Position numbers and translations under genes: made by a program
Assembly: GCA_035280265.1 (NCBI GenBank)
Contig: DATEGE010000143.1
Location: forward strand, 2,307-66,306
Length of the DNA stretch: 64,000 bases
Direction of reading: 5' to 3'
DNA from: Gemmatimonadales bacterium
GTDB taxonomy: Bacteria; Gemmatimonadota; Gemmatimonadetes; Gemmatimonadales; GWC2-71-9
The notes under the pieces: generated by a model
The model's database searches: none
Told to the model about the DNA's origin: nothing
Seen by the model: only the letters and a program-made list of their open reading frames with translations
In this document: positions 26,053 through 35,467 of the stretch, in pieces
Layout: each line of letters opens with the position of its first letter
Position numbering within the stretch: position 1 is the first letter of the stretch

Positions 26053-27500
26053 TGCCGCGGTCCGGCGACACACCTTCCCCTCCGCCGACTCCGGCCGCCC
26101 CAGCCCCAGCCCCCGCCCCTCATCAAATGTGGGGCGGTCGGTTCTCGATCGGGCCGAGCGAGGCGCTTGATGCCTTGAATCGCAGCCTGCCCGTGGACCA
26201 TCGCCTCTGGCCGCAAGACGTCACCGCGAGTAAGGCCTGGGTGCACGCACTGGGGCGGGTCCCGGTGCTCACCCCTGCCGAGGAGGCTCAGCTGCTCGAC
26301 GGGCTCGACCGCGTCGCCGAGCGGCTTGCCGACGGCGCCGCCGTGGGCGCTCCTGACGAGGACGTCCATACGCTGGTGGAACGATTGCTGTATGAAGAAG
26401 TGGGCGCGGTAGCCGGCAAGCTGCACACCGGCCGGTCTCGCAACGATCAGGTGGTGACCGATCTGCGGTTGTGGACGCTCGACGCGATCGAACAACTGGA
26501 TTCGGACTTGTGCCTCTTGGGTCGAGCTCTTACAACGCGCGCGCACGAGGGCATCGACCTCCTCCTTCCAGGATACACGCACGGCCAGCGTGCCCAGCCG
26601 GTGCGCTGGGGCTACGTGCTGCTGGCGCACGCTTGGCCGCTCGTGCGCGATCGCCAACGTCTTGCGGACGCGCGGCGCCGGGTGGCGGAGCTGCCGCTGG
26701 GGTCCGGGGCGCTCGCAGGATCGGGGTTTGCCGTCGACCGAGTGCTGCTGAAAGAAGCCCTCGGACTTCGCTCGGTGTCTGCGAATGCCCTGGACGCCAC
26801 CGGCGATCGCGACTTCGTGGCCGAAGTACTGTTCGCCCTCGCCCTGGTGGGAACACACGTCTCGCGCTTCGCAGCCGAGCTGGTGTCGTACGCGAGCGCG
26901 GAGTTCGGCTTCGTACGGCTGGCGGACGACTTCAGCACCGGCTCGAGCCTCCTGCCCCAGAAGCGCAACCCCGACGTGTTGGAGCTGGCGCGGGCGAAAT
27001 CGGGGCGGCTGTTCGGCGACTTGATCGCGCTGCTCACCACGTTGAAGGGCCTTCCAGCCGGCTACAGCAAGGATTTGCAGGAGGACAAGGCGCTGCTGTT
27101 CGACGCGTTCGATACCCTCGGTCTGGTATTGCCCGCCGTCACCGGCGCCGTGACGACGCTGAGAGCGGACGCTGAGCGCATGCGGGGAGCGCTCGACGCC
27201 TCGCTCCGCGCCACCGATCTGGCCGACCGGTTGGTCGAAGCCGGAGTCCCGTTCCGGGAGAGTCACGGCCTTGTCGGCCGGTTGGTGCGTGAGGCCGAGC
27301 GTTCCGGCGTACCGATCGATCGGGTGCCCAGTGCCGTGGCAGGGGCGATCCACCCGGCGCTGGTAGGTGCCCTGTCGCAGCTTGGCACTTGGGAGGAATC
27401 GGTGGAGAGCCGGGCGACCCCGGGCGGGGCCTCGCGCCAGTCGGTGCTCGATCAGATGGAGGCGCTGAAGACTGCATTCGCCGAGGGGGGAGGGACTTAA
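26052..27500 (+). CDS. argH: argininosuccinate lyase
   Basis: MWGGRFS..., ...GSSLLPQKRNPDVLEL (fumarate-lyase signature). ATG 26052 overlaps the argG stop. Alternative start at MWGGRF (26127). Confidence 0.93.
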   Translation: MPRSGDTPSPPPTPAAPAPAPAPHQMWGGRFSIGPSEALDALNRSLPVDHRLWPQDVTASKAWVHALGRVPVLTPAEEAQLLDGLDRVAERLADGAAVGAPDEDVHTLVERLLYEEVGAVAGKLHTGRSRNDQVVTDLRLWTLDAIEQLDSDLCLLGRALTTRAHEGIDLLLPGYTHGQRAQPVRWGYVLLAHAWPLVRDRQRLADARRRVAELPLGSGALAGSGFAVDRVLLKEALGLRSVSANALDATGDRDFVAEVLFALALVGTHVSRFAAELVSYASAEFGFVRLADDFSTGSSLLPQKRNPDVLELARAKSGRLFGDLIALLTTLKGLPAGYSKDLQEDKALLFDAFDTLGLVLPAVTGAVTTLRADAERMRGALDASLRATDLADRLVEAGVPFRESHGLVGRLVREAERSGVPIDRVPSAVAGAIHPALVGALSQLGTWEESVESRATPGGASRQSVLDQMEALKTAFAEGGGT

Positions 27501-27540
27501 CCCAAGCTCTTGCCGCGCCTTAGCCGGTTGTGTAGCATAC

Positions 27541-27660
27541 GTGGCCGTCCTCCGGGAGGTGCGTGGAGGTCGGTGAAGGCTAGTGGAGGTTGGTGGGAAG
27601 CACCCTCACCGTCCTGCACAGTCCTCCACCATCCTCCACCGACCTCCGGATGGCGGCCAC
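27541..27660. repeat. imperfect ~60-nt-arm inverted repeat of GGTGGAGG / CCTCCACC decamer words upstream of the HNH gene
   Basis: GTGGCCGTCCTCCGGGAGGTGCGTGGAGGTCGGTGAAGGCTAGTGGAGGTTGGTGGG ... GTCCTCCACCATCCTCCACCGACCTCCGGATGGCGGCCAC. Confidence 0.75.
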
Positions 27661-27681
27661 GTTTGCCACCGGAGAGTCCCT

Positions 27682-28230
27682 GTGCGCTGCTTGGCGCTCA
27701 ATGCCTCGTTCGAGCCGCTGACCATGGTGCCCGTACGGCGGGCGCTGCGGCTCGTGATCGACCGCAAGGCGGAGATCGTCGAAGCAGACGGTTCCGTCGT
27801 GCACAGCGAGCGGCTGGCCATTCCCCGGCCGGCCGTGATCCGACTCGTCAAGTTCGTGCACGTCCCCCGCCGCTTCCGCCGTCAAGTTACCAACACCTTC
27901 CTGTTCGCCCGCGACAACTACCGGTGCCAGTTCTGCGGGCGGAGTCAGCCGGAGCTGCGGCATCGCGAGTGCCTCACCCGGGATCACCTGGTCCCGCTGT
28001 CGCGCGGGGGGACCAACGCCTGGACCAACGTGCTCACGGCGTGCTCGAGCTGCAACACGCGCAAGGGGAACCTCCTCCCCGAAGAGGCGGGCATGCATCC
28101 GCTGCGGCCTCCCTTCGAGCCGCACTTCGTGCACCTCGCATGGGCGGTGCGTCGCCTCACGTCGATCCAGTCCAAGTACATTCGGCTGTTTTACGGCGGC
28201 GAGGTGCTGGCGACGTTGGAAGCGTTGTGA
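27682..28230 (+). CDS. HNH endonuclease family protein
   Basis: GTG 27682 VRCLALNASFEPL... ; ...YRCQFCGR...LTRDHLVPLSRGGTNAWTNVLTACSSCNTRKGN (HNH with Zn-finger cysteines). Confidence 0.85.
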   Translation: MRCLALNASFEPLTMVPVRRALRLVIDRKAEIVEADGSVVHSERLAIPRPAVIRLVKFVHVPRRFRRQVTNTFLFARDNYRCQFCGRSQPELRHRECLTRDHLVPLSRGGTNAWTNVLTACSSCNTRKGNLLPEEAGMHPLRPPFEPHFVHLAWAVRRLTSIQSKYIRLFYGGEVLATLEAL

Positions 28231-28246
28231 GCCGGCGGGTCGCGGC

Positions 28247-28864
28247 CTAGTTCGCCGCCGGTACGGTGAACGACGCCGACCGGGCTTCCAGCGCGAGGCG
28301 TGGGAGGCCGGCGATGCGTACGAGTAATCGCTGGGCGCCGCGCGCCAGCGCGCCCCCCACGTCGCCGCCGCCCGAGACGGCGGGACTGACGTCTCCCTTG
28401 AGCCAGCGGGTCAACTCCTCGAGATCCGTATCGTTCAGCGTCGTCACCTCCAGGAGGCACAGGAAGTAGAAGTTCCCCGGGCCCTGGACCTTGCGCGTGA
28501 CACGGTAGGGAATCTCCAGAGCGCGCTCGAGGTCTTCGGCAGTGCCGTACCGTGCCACCGTGCCGCCGGTGCGCAGCAGTACGAAGTCATCGGCCAGCGG
28601 GTCGTGACGCGCCACTGCGTCCCACGAGGCGTCGTTGAGGTGTTGGTCGAACCATCCCGAGCGCGCGCGCCATAGCTCCAGGCGGTAGTGCAGACGGAGC
28701 GGAAACCCCGACCGCATGAGGCCGACGAACTTGCCATCGGTCAGGAGACCGGTGGTCTGGACGCGGGCGACGCCGTTTTGGACGAGTACGGTCAATGCGG
28801 GCGTTTGCGCGGTGGCGGGGGAGGCCGCGCCCAGCAAGGTGAGGAACGCGACGCCCGCCCTCAC
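28247..28864 (-). CDS. exported DUF4390-like protein
   Basis: Signal MRAGVAFLTLLGAASPATAQ. ...FPLRLHYRLELWRARSGWFDQHL... resembles DUF4390 proteins, which sit next to NtrY/NtrX-type two-component genes. Assignment from memory only. Confidence 0.45.
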   Translation of the reverse strand: MRAGVAFLTLLGAASPATAQTPALTVLVQNGVARVQTTGLLTDGKFVGLMRSGFPLRLHYRLELWRARSGWFDQHLNDASWDAVARHDPLADDFVLLRTGGTVARYGTAEDLERALEIPYRVTRKVQGPGNFYFLCLLEVTTLNDTDLEELTRWLKGDVSPAVSGGGDVGGALARGAQRLLVRIAGLPRLALEARSASFTVPAAN

Positions 28865-28865
28865 C

Positions 28866-30752
28866 TCAGAAGCGGTGGTCGAGTCGCAGCGTGAATCGCA
28901 GTGGCTCGCCCGCGGTCACCGCCTTCGAGAAGTACATCCCGAACCCGCCCCAATCGACGCCCAGGCCGAGGTCCGCGAGCCAGCTCCCTAGGGTGGGGAG
29001 CCGGTCCGCGGGGAGCCGCCCGGGGCCGTTGCCCACGATCCACGCCTGTCCCGCGTCGGCCAGGACGACCAGGTCGGGTCCCTGCAGCGTGAGCAGCGAC
29101 TTCGCCGCTTCGTCTTCTGGTGCCGCGGCGCCATACGACCAGTGCAGCGAGATGTGGCCGCGATACTCGGCCTGCGCGAGGATCACCCGGTCGCAGGCCG
29201 CGACCGAGGTGCCCGCGAACGCGGGGTCGATGATGTCGCCGTTGCAGGCGCTGGGGCGGAACCCGTACCCCGCGAGCGGATCGGGTCCTCCGATCGACCA
29301 GCGCCGCTGCAGTGGCAGGGGATCGCCGCCGATCCGTCCGGCGGCGAGGAGCCGGAGGTTCACGCGGCCCGAAGGGCTCACCCGAGTGTAGCGACGGAAA
29401 TCGAGGAACAGCTCGCTGAACTGATAGGATCCATCGGTCGGGATCGGGCCCCGCACGGCCGTCGGAACACCGGTCTGGGGTTTCACGTCCTTCGAGCGGG
29501 AGTTCTCGAAGCGCCCGCGCAGGAGCCACCCCGCCGTCGGGTCACGCGCATCGTTGCGCGTGTCGAAGGTCACCGCAGCACCGAGCGTCGTGTAGTGGCC
29601 GTCGTCGATGGGCGGGTTGGGGCGCCACGCTTGGTCGTTGCGGAAGACGGTCCAGGGGTCGCGCGCCGTGACGCTCGTCTGCCAGTCGTGAGTCAGGGAC
29701 ACATCCAGTCGCAGCGCCCGTTCCGGCCGCACAAAGACTCGGCCCGCGAGTCCCTTGCTCAGGTAGTAATCGCGGTAATCTCGCTGGAACAGGAAGGCGG
29801 ACCATCCCACCTCGCCGCTGCGCAAGCCCCAGTCCTCGACCGGGGTGACGTCGTCGAAGGCGCGGAACTCCACGCCGTATGCCGGGATGTCGCCGGCGCG
29901 CAGCTCGGTGCGGAGCAAGTAGCCAAGGTCGCTGCGTTTGTCGGTGAGATTCCCGGCGGTACGAAACACGCCGAGGGCGTCGATGCGCAGGCGCACGTTG
30001 GTGTGCACCTTCCAGTCGAACGCCGGACCGAACACGATGGGGAGCCCTTCGACACGGTTGAACGTGCCCCCGGTGGCGAGCGTGAGCGACGAGCGCGTGT
30101 CCGCCGTACCCCAGGACTTCTCGATCCCGAGGCTCTTGAACCAGCGGCGCAGATCGGGCGGCGCCAGCGCGATGTCCTCACCCTTGGTGCGGTAGGCGAG
30201 CGGCTCGGGGTAGAGGTGCACCTCGCCCCCGACGCTCGCCGCGGGGCTCCGCGCCGCCGTGCCACCGATCACGATCAGATCGCCCGTGATCACCGCGGTG
30301 GAGTCGAGCAGCGCGTCGCCGTTGATGACGAGCAGTGTGCCTTCGATCCGCCCGGCGACGGTGATGGCCCCGTTGCGCACGGCAACGTCGCCATGCCACG
30401 TGTTACCGCGCGGCAGCCGGGAGCGACCCACCAGTCGCGTCGTGGTCGGCGCGTTATACCGGCGCACCGCGTCCTCTGCCACGGCGTGGGGCAGTTCAGG
30501 CGGCCGCACCACCACGCCGCCGCTCTCCGGCTGGATCACGATGGCCGTGTCCTGGGCGGCGGCACGACCGGGAGCGAGGGCGGCGAGGGCAGCGAGGGCG
30601 GCGAGGGCGACGACCAGCACGAGCGCGCGCATAGCGGGCATCCTGATGAGGGCTGCGCGGCGGGCGTGCACGGCCTGTGCCGCTTCCGGCGCGGCGGCGC
30701 CCGGCGCCAGCGCGGCCTCCGGCGTACGAGCGCGACGCACTGAACGTGTCAT
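28866..30752 (-). CDS. outer-membrane protein: bactofilin-like beta-helix segment fused to an Omp85/surface-antigen (D15) barrel
   Basis: GDVAVRNGAITVAGRIEGTLLVINGDALLDSTAVITGDLIVIGGT (bactofilin-type repeats). FNRVEGLPIV, FDTRNDARDPTAGW and terminal ...LRLDHRF (OMP signature). Signal MRALVLVVALAALAALAALA. Start options 30752 (ATGA-coupled), 30641 or 30632. Confidence 0.65.
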   Translation of the reverse strand: MTRSVRRARTPEAALAPGAAAPEAAQAVHARRAALIRMPAMRALVLVVALAALAALAALAPGRAAAQDTAIVIQPESGGVVVRPPELPHAVAEDAVRRYNAPTTTRLVGRSRLPRGNTWHGDVAVRNGAITVAGRIEGTLLVINGDALLDSTAVITGDLIVIGGTAARSPAASVGGEVHLYPEPLAYRTKGEDIALAPPDLRRWFKSLGIEKSWGTADTRSSLTLATGGTFNRVEGLPIVFGPAFDWKVHTNVRLRIDALGVFRTAGNLTDKRSDLGYLLRTELRAGDIPAYGVEFRAFDDVTPVEDWGLRSGEVGWSAFLFQRDYRDYYLSKGLAGRVFVRPERALRLDVSLTHDWQTSVTARDPWTVFRNDQAWRPNPPIDDGHYTTLGAAVTFDTRNDARDPTAGWLLRGRFENSRSKDVKPQTGVPTAVRGPIPTDGSYQFSELFLDFRRYTRVSPSGRVNLRLLAAGRIGGDPLPLQRRWSIGGPDPLAGYGFRPSACNGDIIDPAFAGTSVAACDRVILAQAEYRGHISLHWSYGAAAPEDEAAKSLLTLQGPDLVVLADAGQAWIVGNGPGRLPADRLPTLGSWLADLGLGVDWGGFGMYFSKAVTAGEPLRFTLRLDHRF

Positions 30753-32122
30753 CCCGCTACGTTGCGCGGCGGCTCGAGCCCCAGCCGACGCATGCGGCGA
30801 TACAGGTTGGCACGATCCGTCGCCAGCTTGCGAGCGGCGTCGGCGACGTTGCCGCGCGCGGCGGAGAGCGCGCGTGCGATGAGCGTGCGCTCGAACCCGT
30901 CGAGCGCGTCGGTGAGTGCCACGTCGCTCCAGCCCTCGGCCGGAACCGGGGGCGCACCGTCCGTCGGCACCACGCGAGCGACGTCGTCCGCGCTCAGTAC
31001 GTCTCCCGCTGCCAGGATTGCGAGCCGCTCGATGATGTTAGCGAGCTCGCGCACGTTGCCCGGCCACGGATAGGAAGCGAGCAGCTGCACGGCGCCGGCG
31101 TCGAACCGCACCGCACGGCCCAGACGCGCAGCCTGGCGGGCGGCGAAGTGCTGCACCAGCGCCGGCACGTCGTCGGGGCGCTCACGCAATGGCGCGATGT
31201 GAACTGGGAGCACGTTGAGCCGGAACAGCAGATCGTCCCGGAACTGTCCGTGTTGCGAGGCTCTCGCCAGGTCCTTGTTGGTCGCCGCGATCACCCGGAC
31301 GTCCACGGTCAGGGGCTTCTCGCCTCCCAGACGCTCGATCACCCCCGTCTCGAGCACGCGCAGGAGCTTGGCCTGCGCCTCGGCGCCGAGGTCACCCACC
31401 TCGTCGAGGAACAATGTCCCGCCGTCCGCGAGCTCGAAGCGTCCCACCCGCCGCTCCGCGGCGCCGGTGAACGCTCCGCGCTCGTGCCCGAACATTTCCG
31501 ATTCCACCAGGTCCTTGGGGATCGCGGCGCTGTTCACGCACACGAACGGCTTGGCGGCGCGCGCGCTCAGTCGGTGGATCGCCGACGCCACGAGCTCCTT
31601 GCCGGTCCCCGACTCGCCCGTGATCAACACGCGTGCCTCGGTGGGCGCGATGCGCGCGATCAGCGCGCGCAATTCCTCCATCGCCTTGCTCACCCCGACC
31701 AGCGGATCGGCGTGCCCCAGCGCCTCGTGCAAGCGGCGATTCTCCGCCAGCGTGCGCGACAGCTCGAGCGCCGCCCGCAGCGTCGTCAACACGCCCTCGG
31801 GCGTGAGCGGCTTTTCGAGGAACTGGAATGCCCCGAGTTTGGTCGCCCGCACGGCATCCCCCAGCGTCGCCTTGCCGCTCATCATCACCACTGGAAGGTC
31901 GGGGGCGAGCCGCTTGAGCTGCTCGAGTGTGGCGAGGCCGTCCGGTCCCCCCGGCATCATGAGGTCGAGCAGCACTGCGTCCGGGGGATCCCGCTCGACC
32001 GCCGCGAGGGCCGCCGTGCCATTCGGGGCTTCCATCGTCTCGAACCCCTCGGACTCCAGTAGCGCGCCCACCATCTTGCGGATGTTCGTCTCGTCGTCGG
32101 CGAGGAGGATGCGCGGGCTCAT
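30749..32122 (-). CDS. sigma-54-dependent response regulator (NtrC family: REC + AAA+ + Fis-type HTH)
   Basis: MSPRILLADDE...DLMMPG (REC), ITGESGTGKE (Walker A), ERGAFTGA (GAFTGA), LFLDEVG (Walker B), C-terminal HTH ...NVADAARKLATDRANLYRRM. Confidence 0.92.
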   Translation of the reverse strand: MSPRILLADDETNIRKMVGALLESEGFETMEAPNGTAALAAVERDPPDAVLLDLMMPGGPDGLATLEQLKRLAPDLPVVMMSGKATLGDAVRATKLGAFQFLEKPLTPEGVLTTLRAALELSRTLAENRRLHEALGHADPLVGVSKAMEELRALIARIAPTEARVLITGESGTGKELVASAIHRLSARAAKPFVCVNSAAIPKDLVESEMFGHERGAFTGAAERRVGRFELADGGTLFLDEVGDLGAEAQAKLLRVLETGVIERLGGEKPLTVDVRVIAATNKDLARASQHGQFRDDLLFRLNVLPVHIAPLRERPDDVPALVQHFAARQAARLGRAVRFDAGAVQLLASYPWPGNVRELANIIERLAILAAGDVLSADDVARVVPTDGAPPVPAEGWSDVALTDALDGFERTLIARALSAARGNVADAARKLATDRANLYRRMRRLGLEPPRNVAG

Positions 32123-33312
32123 GCGGCGGACAGTACGATGGAGAACATGGCGCCGCCTCCCGGCGTCTCGCCCACGGTGATCGTGCCGCTGTGGGCCTCG
32201 ATCGTCTGGCGTACCAGGGCGAGCCCCAATCCCGTGCCGTCCTGCTTGGTGGTGAAATACGGCTCGAACACACGCTGCCGCAGCTCGTCGGGAATCCCCG
32301 GGCCGTGGTCCGCGATCGTCACGACAAGGCCGCCGCCGTCCCGTCGCACCTCGACGTCGATCGTCCCCCGACCGCGCATCGCTTCGGACCCGTTGCGGAG
32401 CAGGTTCGCGAACGCCCGGCGCAGCGGCTCGTAGTATCCAAGCAGCCGACACGACTCGCCGTTCGCGCGCACCGATACCTCTACGTCGGCCGGCACGGCC
32501 GTCTTGCCGAGCTCCATCAGGAGGTCCACGAGGTCCACTTCGCTCTTCGGGCCCTCAGGGAGGCGGCCGAAGTCGGAGAATTCCTTCGCGAGTTGCTCGA
32601 GCCGCTGGGTCTCGGCCGACAGAACCTCAACCGCCACGGCGGTCCGATTGTCCGACTGGCCGACTGTCCGACCGAGTTGATCCACGGCGATGCGCATCGC
32701 CGTTAACGGGTTCTTGATCTCGTGCGCCACCCGACGCGCCACCTCGCGGAACGCCCGCAGCCGCTCCGCCTCGAGCTCGCGCTCGCGCGCGGCGTCGAGC
32801 GCCGTGGCGAGCTCGCGCAGCGCCTGGCGCAGCGCCTCGAACTCCGGCGCTCCGCGTGTGGGCGGCCCGGCAGGAAGCGGCATGCGGCGACGGATCAGTC
32901 GCGTCCACCCGACCAGCTCGTCGATCGGCCGGGACAGCTGGCGTGACAAGTGTCCCGCCATCCGCACCGCCGCGATCACTACGACGCCGCCGAACACGAT
33001 GACCACCGCCGCAAACCCGCCGGCATAGTAGCGCAAGTACGTCTCGGCGCGTCGTGCCAGCGTGACGGAGTTGGAGAGGTGGGTAAGGTGCTCGCGCAGC
33101 GCCGCCCGCTCGCGGGGCGTGAGCTGCGTGGTGTCCATCCGCTCGACCATCTGGCGCGCCGACGCCGCCGTCTCCTCCAGCGCGACTCGCGCTCCCGCCG
33201 AGGGCGCCACCGTGCGGACCGCCAACGCCCACCCCACTACCGCGAGCGCCGTCGGCACCGCGGTCAGCGCGACCAAGATCACGAAGATCCGTTGCCGGAA
33301 CGGAAGCGGCAT
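32119..33312 (-). CDS. membrane sensor histidine kinase (2 TM, HAMP, HisKA, HATPase)
   Basis: H-box VAHEIKNPLTAM, N-box LLRNGSEAM, G-boxes DHGPGIP and GTGLGL. ATGA overlap with the response regulator. Confidence 0.92.
   Translation of the reverse strand: MPLPFRQRIFVILVALTAVPTALAVVGWALAVRTVAPSAGARVALEETAASARQMVERMDTTQLTPRERAALREHLTHLSNSVTLARRAETYLRYYAGGFAAVVIVFGGVVVIAAVRMAGHLSRQLSRPIDELVGWTRLIRRRMPLPAGPPTRGAPEFEALRQALRELATALDAARERELEAERLRAFREVARRVAHEIKNPLTAMRIAVDQLGRTVGQSDNRTAVAVEVLSAETQRLEQLAKEFSDFGRLPEGPKSEVDLVDLLMELGKTAVPADVEVSVRANGESCRLLGYYEPLRRAFANLLRNGSEAMRGRGTIDVEVRRDGGGLVVTIADHGPGIPDELRQRVFEPYFTTKQDGTGLGLALVRQTIEAHSGTITVGETPGGGAMFSIVLSAA
32642..32673. repeat. four tandem GTCCGAYN octamers inside the histidine kinase CDS
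   Basis: GTCCGATT GTCCGACT GGCCGACT GTCCGACC. On the coding (minus) strand it encodes ...DQLGRTVGQSDNRTAVAV..., in the loop after the H-box helix. Confidence 0.9.
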
Positions 33313-33391
33313 ATTTGTGTGACCAATCTAGGATACCGACCCTGGTGTGACAATTCGACACGGGTTCCACCTTCCGCGCTCAGGGGGCGAG

Positions 33392-33811
33392 ATGAAGTCC
33401 CACACGCACTACCTCTGGTTCAACACGAAACAGCGCCAGGAAATCATCGACGTGACCGATCAAGTCGCGGCGCAAGTGACCGCGAGCGGGATCGTGGACG
33501 GCCTCGCCCTGGTGAGCGCCATGCACATCACCGCCTCGGTGTTCGTGAACGATCACGAATCGGGATTGTGGTCGGACATTCTCAAATGGCTGGAGACGAC
33601 CGTGGCGCCGTGGGATCCGAAACGCTACCGGCACAACGAGACGGGGGAAGACAACGCCGCGGCGCACCTGCGGAGCCTGACCATCGGGCACGAGGTGATC
33701 GTGCCCGTCACGAAGGGGGCGCTGGACTTAGGGCCCTGGCAGCGCGTCTTCTACGGAGAGTGGGACGGGCAGCGCAAGAAGCGCGTGATCATCAAGGTGC
33801 TGGGGGAGTGA
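33392..33811 (+). CDS. yjbQ: YjbQ/UPF0047 family protein (secondary thiamine-phosphate synthase enzyme family)
   Basis: MKSHTHYLWFNTKQRQEIIDVTDQV...VSAMHITASVFVNDHE...NAAAHLRS. GGGGG SD before ATG 33392. Confidence 0.8.
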   Translation: MKSHTHYLWFNTKQRQEIIDVTDQVAAQVTASGIVDGLALVSAMHITASVFVNDHESGLWSDILKWLETTVAPWDPKRYRHNETGEDNAAAHLRSLTIGHEVIVPVTKGALDLGPWQRVFYGEWDGQRKKRVIIKVLGE

Positions 33812-35467
33812 ATGGGCGAGCGGCGGCCTATCCCTTTCCGCGCAAGTTGTTTATTTTCAAAGACTCTGAACGCTGTGAGGGACGTGGCGGACGTGGTAAC
33901 GGGTCATCTGGCGGCGCTCTTCGCCCACGCGGCCGAAGAGCATCCTGACCGGGAGTTCCTGGTCTTCGGGTCGCGCCGGATGACCTATGCGCAGGTCGAA
34001 CGGGAAGCGGTGGCTCTTGCCGAGGCGCTGGGCGGACTCGGCGTCCAGCCGGGCGACCGGCTGGCGGTGGACCTGCCGAACTGGCCTGAGTGGGTTGTCG
34101 CGCTGCTCGCCGCGGCGTACCGCGGCGCGACGCTCGTCCCGCTCGATCCTTCCCTCACACTCCACGAGCTCAAGTACCAGCTGCGTCACGCGGCAGCGCG
34201 TGCCGTGATCGTCGCCGAAGCGCATCAGGGCGCGGACTTCGTGGAGTGGTACGACGAAGTGCTGCCGGAGCTGCCCGACCTGCGCGCGCTGATCGTGGTG
34301 GGCACCAGCGATCGCTGGTTCGACGACCGCGTGTACCGCTATGGCGACCTAGTATCGAAACGTCCAGCGACAGCGAGAGCGATCGTGCCGGGCGATCCCG
34401 CCCCCCAGCCGCTCGTCATTCTGTACACATCGGGGACGATGGGGAAGCCGAAAGGCGTGACGCTGTCGCACGGCAACATCACGTTCGCGGCGCGGGCGTC
34501 CGGCGAGGCGCTGCGGCACACGGGAAAGGATCGCGTTCTAGGCGCAGTGCCGGTGTTCACGATCTTCGGCGTGCACGTCGTCGCCGTCACGATCACCGCC
34601 GGCGCGACGCTGGTATTACAAGAGCGCTTTGACGCGGGCGAGGCGCTGCAGCTCATCGGGCGCGAGCGGGTGACGGTGGTGCACGGCGTTCCCACCATGT
34701 TCGAGCTGCTCATGCGCCATCCCGCTTTCGTGGCGTCTGCGCCGACCACCTGCCGCTCGGGGCTGGTCGCGGGGAGCCCGGTCTCCCCCGATTTGGCTCG
34801 GCGCATCCGGACGTGGTGTGACGTGCAGATCGCCTACGGCCTTACGGAAACAGGGCCGACGGTCACCGTGACCCGGTTCGACGATTCCGTCGAGCGGCGG
34901 ACGCACACGGTTGGCCGGCCCGTCGCCGGGGTCGCGGTGCGGGTCGTGGACCTGAAGAGCGGCGTCCTGCACGGCCCCGAGGCGGTGGGCGAGCTGGCGG
35001 TGAAGGGACCGAACGTCATGCTCGCCTATTACCGCATGCCCGGCGAGACGGCACGGTCGCTTACCACCGACGGGTTCTTCCTGACGGGCGACCTCGCCCT
35101 CGTGGACGAGGACGGGTACGTCAAGATCCTCGGGCGCCGCGCCGAGGTGATCATCCGCGGCGGCTACAAGATCTCTCCACGCGAGCTGGAGGACCTCCTC
35201 CGGACGCACCCTGCCGTCGGCGACGCGTGTGTGATCGGCATCCCTCATGAAACGCTGGGGGAGCTGATTTGCGCCTGCGTTGTGCCGACGGAGGGATCCA
35301 TCGTGACAGGCGACGAGCTCAAGGACTTCTGCCGCGACGCCGTTGCCGACCACAAACTGCCCGACCTGGTGCGCTTCTTCGACACCCTGCCGCTGACCGG
35401 GAGCGGCAAGGTGAAACGACGGGAGCTGACACAGGTCGTTGGCCTGGAATTGAGCGCAACCACATGA
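33812..35467 (+). CDS. AMP-dependent synthetase/ligase (acyl-CoA synthetase family)
   Basis: [18 protein letters not shown] (AMP-binding motif I), YGLTETG, FLTGDLA, ...GKVKRREL. Confidence 0.88.
   Translation: MGERRPIPFRASCLFSKTLNAVRDVADVVTGHLAALFAHAAEEHPDREFLVFGSRRMTYAQVEREAVALAEALGGLGVQPGDRLAVDLPNWPEWVVALLAAAYRGATLVPLDPSLTLHELKYQLRHAAARAVIVAEAHQGADFVEWYDEVLPELPDLRALIVVGTSDRWFDDRVYRYGDLVSKRPATARAIVPGDPAPQPLVILYTSGTMGKPKGVTLSHGNITFAARASGEALRHTGKDRVLGAVPVFTIFGVHVVAVTITAGATLVLQERFDAGEALQLIGRERVTVVHGVPTMFELLMRHPAFVASAPTTCRSGLVAGSPVSPDLARRIRTWCDVQIAYGLTETGPTVTVTRFDDSVERRTHTVGRPVAGVAVRVVDLKSGVLHGPEAVGELAVKGPNVMLAYYRMPGETARSLTTDGFFLTGDLALVDEDGYVKILGRRAEVIIRGGYKISPRELEDLLRTHPAVGDACVIGIPHETLGELICACVVPTEGSIVTGDELKDFCRDAVADHKLPDLVRFFDTLPLTGSGKVKRRELTQVVGLELSATT

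Noticed and set aside
27682-28230. HNH endonuclease as a sign of a mobile element, a restriction system, or a defence island.
   Set aside because: No partner methyltransferase, intron or intein context, integrase or flanking repeats typical of mobile DNA. The MRCLxLNAS-type HNH protein is, to my recollection, a conserved single-copy gene in many GC-rich bacteria.
30574-30609. Tandem 9-mers (GCGAGGGCG x4). A similar array, (CGTGAGGGC)n, occurs at 36310..36354.
   Set aside because: The period is a multiple of 3, and the arrays simply encode low-complexity peptide: (ALA)n in a signal-peptide core and GREGREGR in a disordered tail. This is ordinary in-frame codon-repeat expansion, not the 7/8/10-nt word phenomenon.
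33313-33391. Direct repeat GTGTGAC ... GTGTGAC about 31 nt apart in the HK/yjbQ divergent region, as a possible regulator binding site.
   Set aside because: There are only two 7-nt copies with weak dyad symmetry. That is too little information to distinguish from chance without comparative data.
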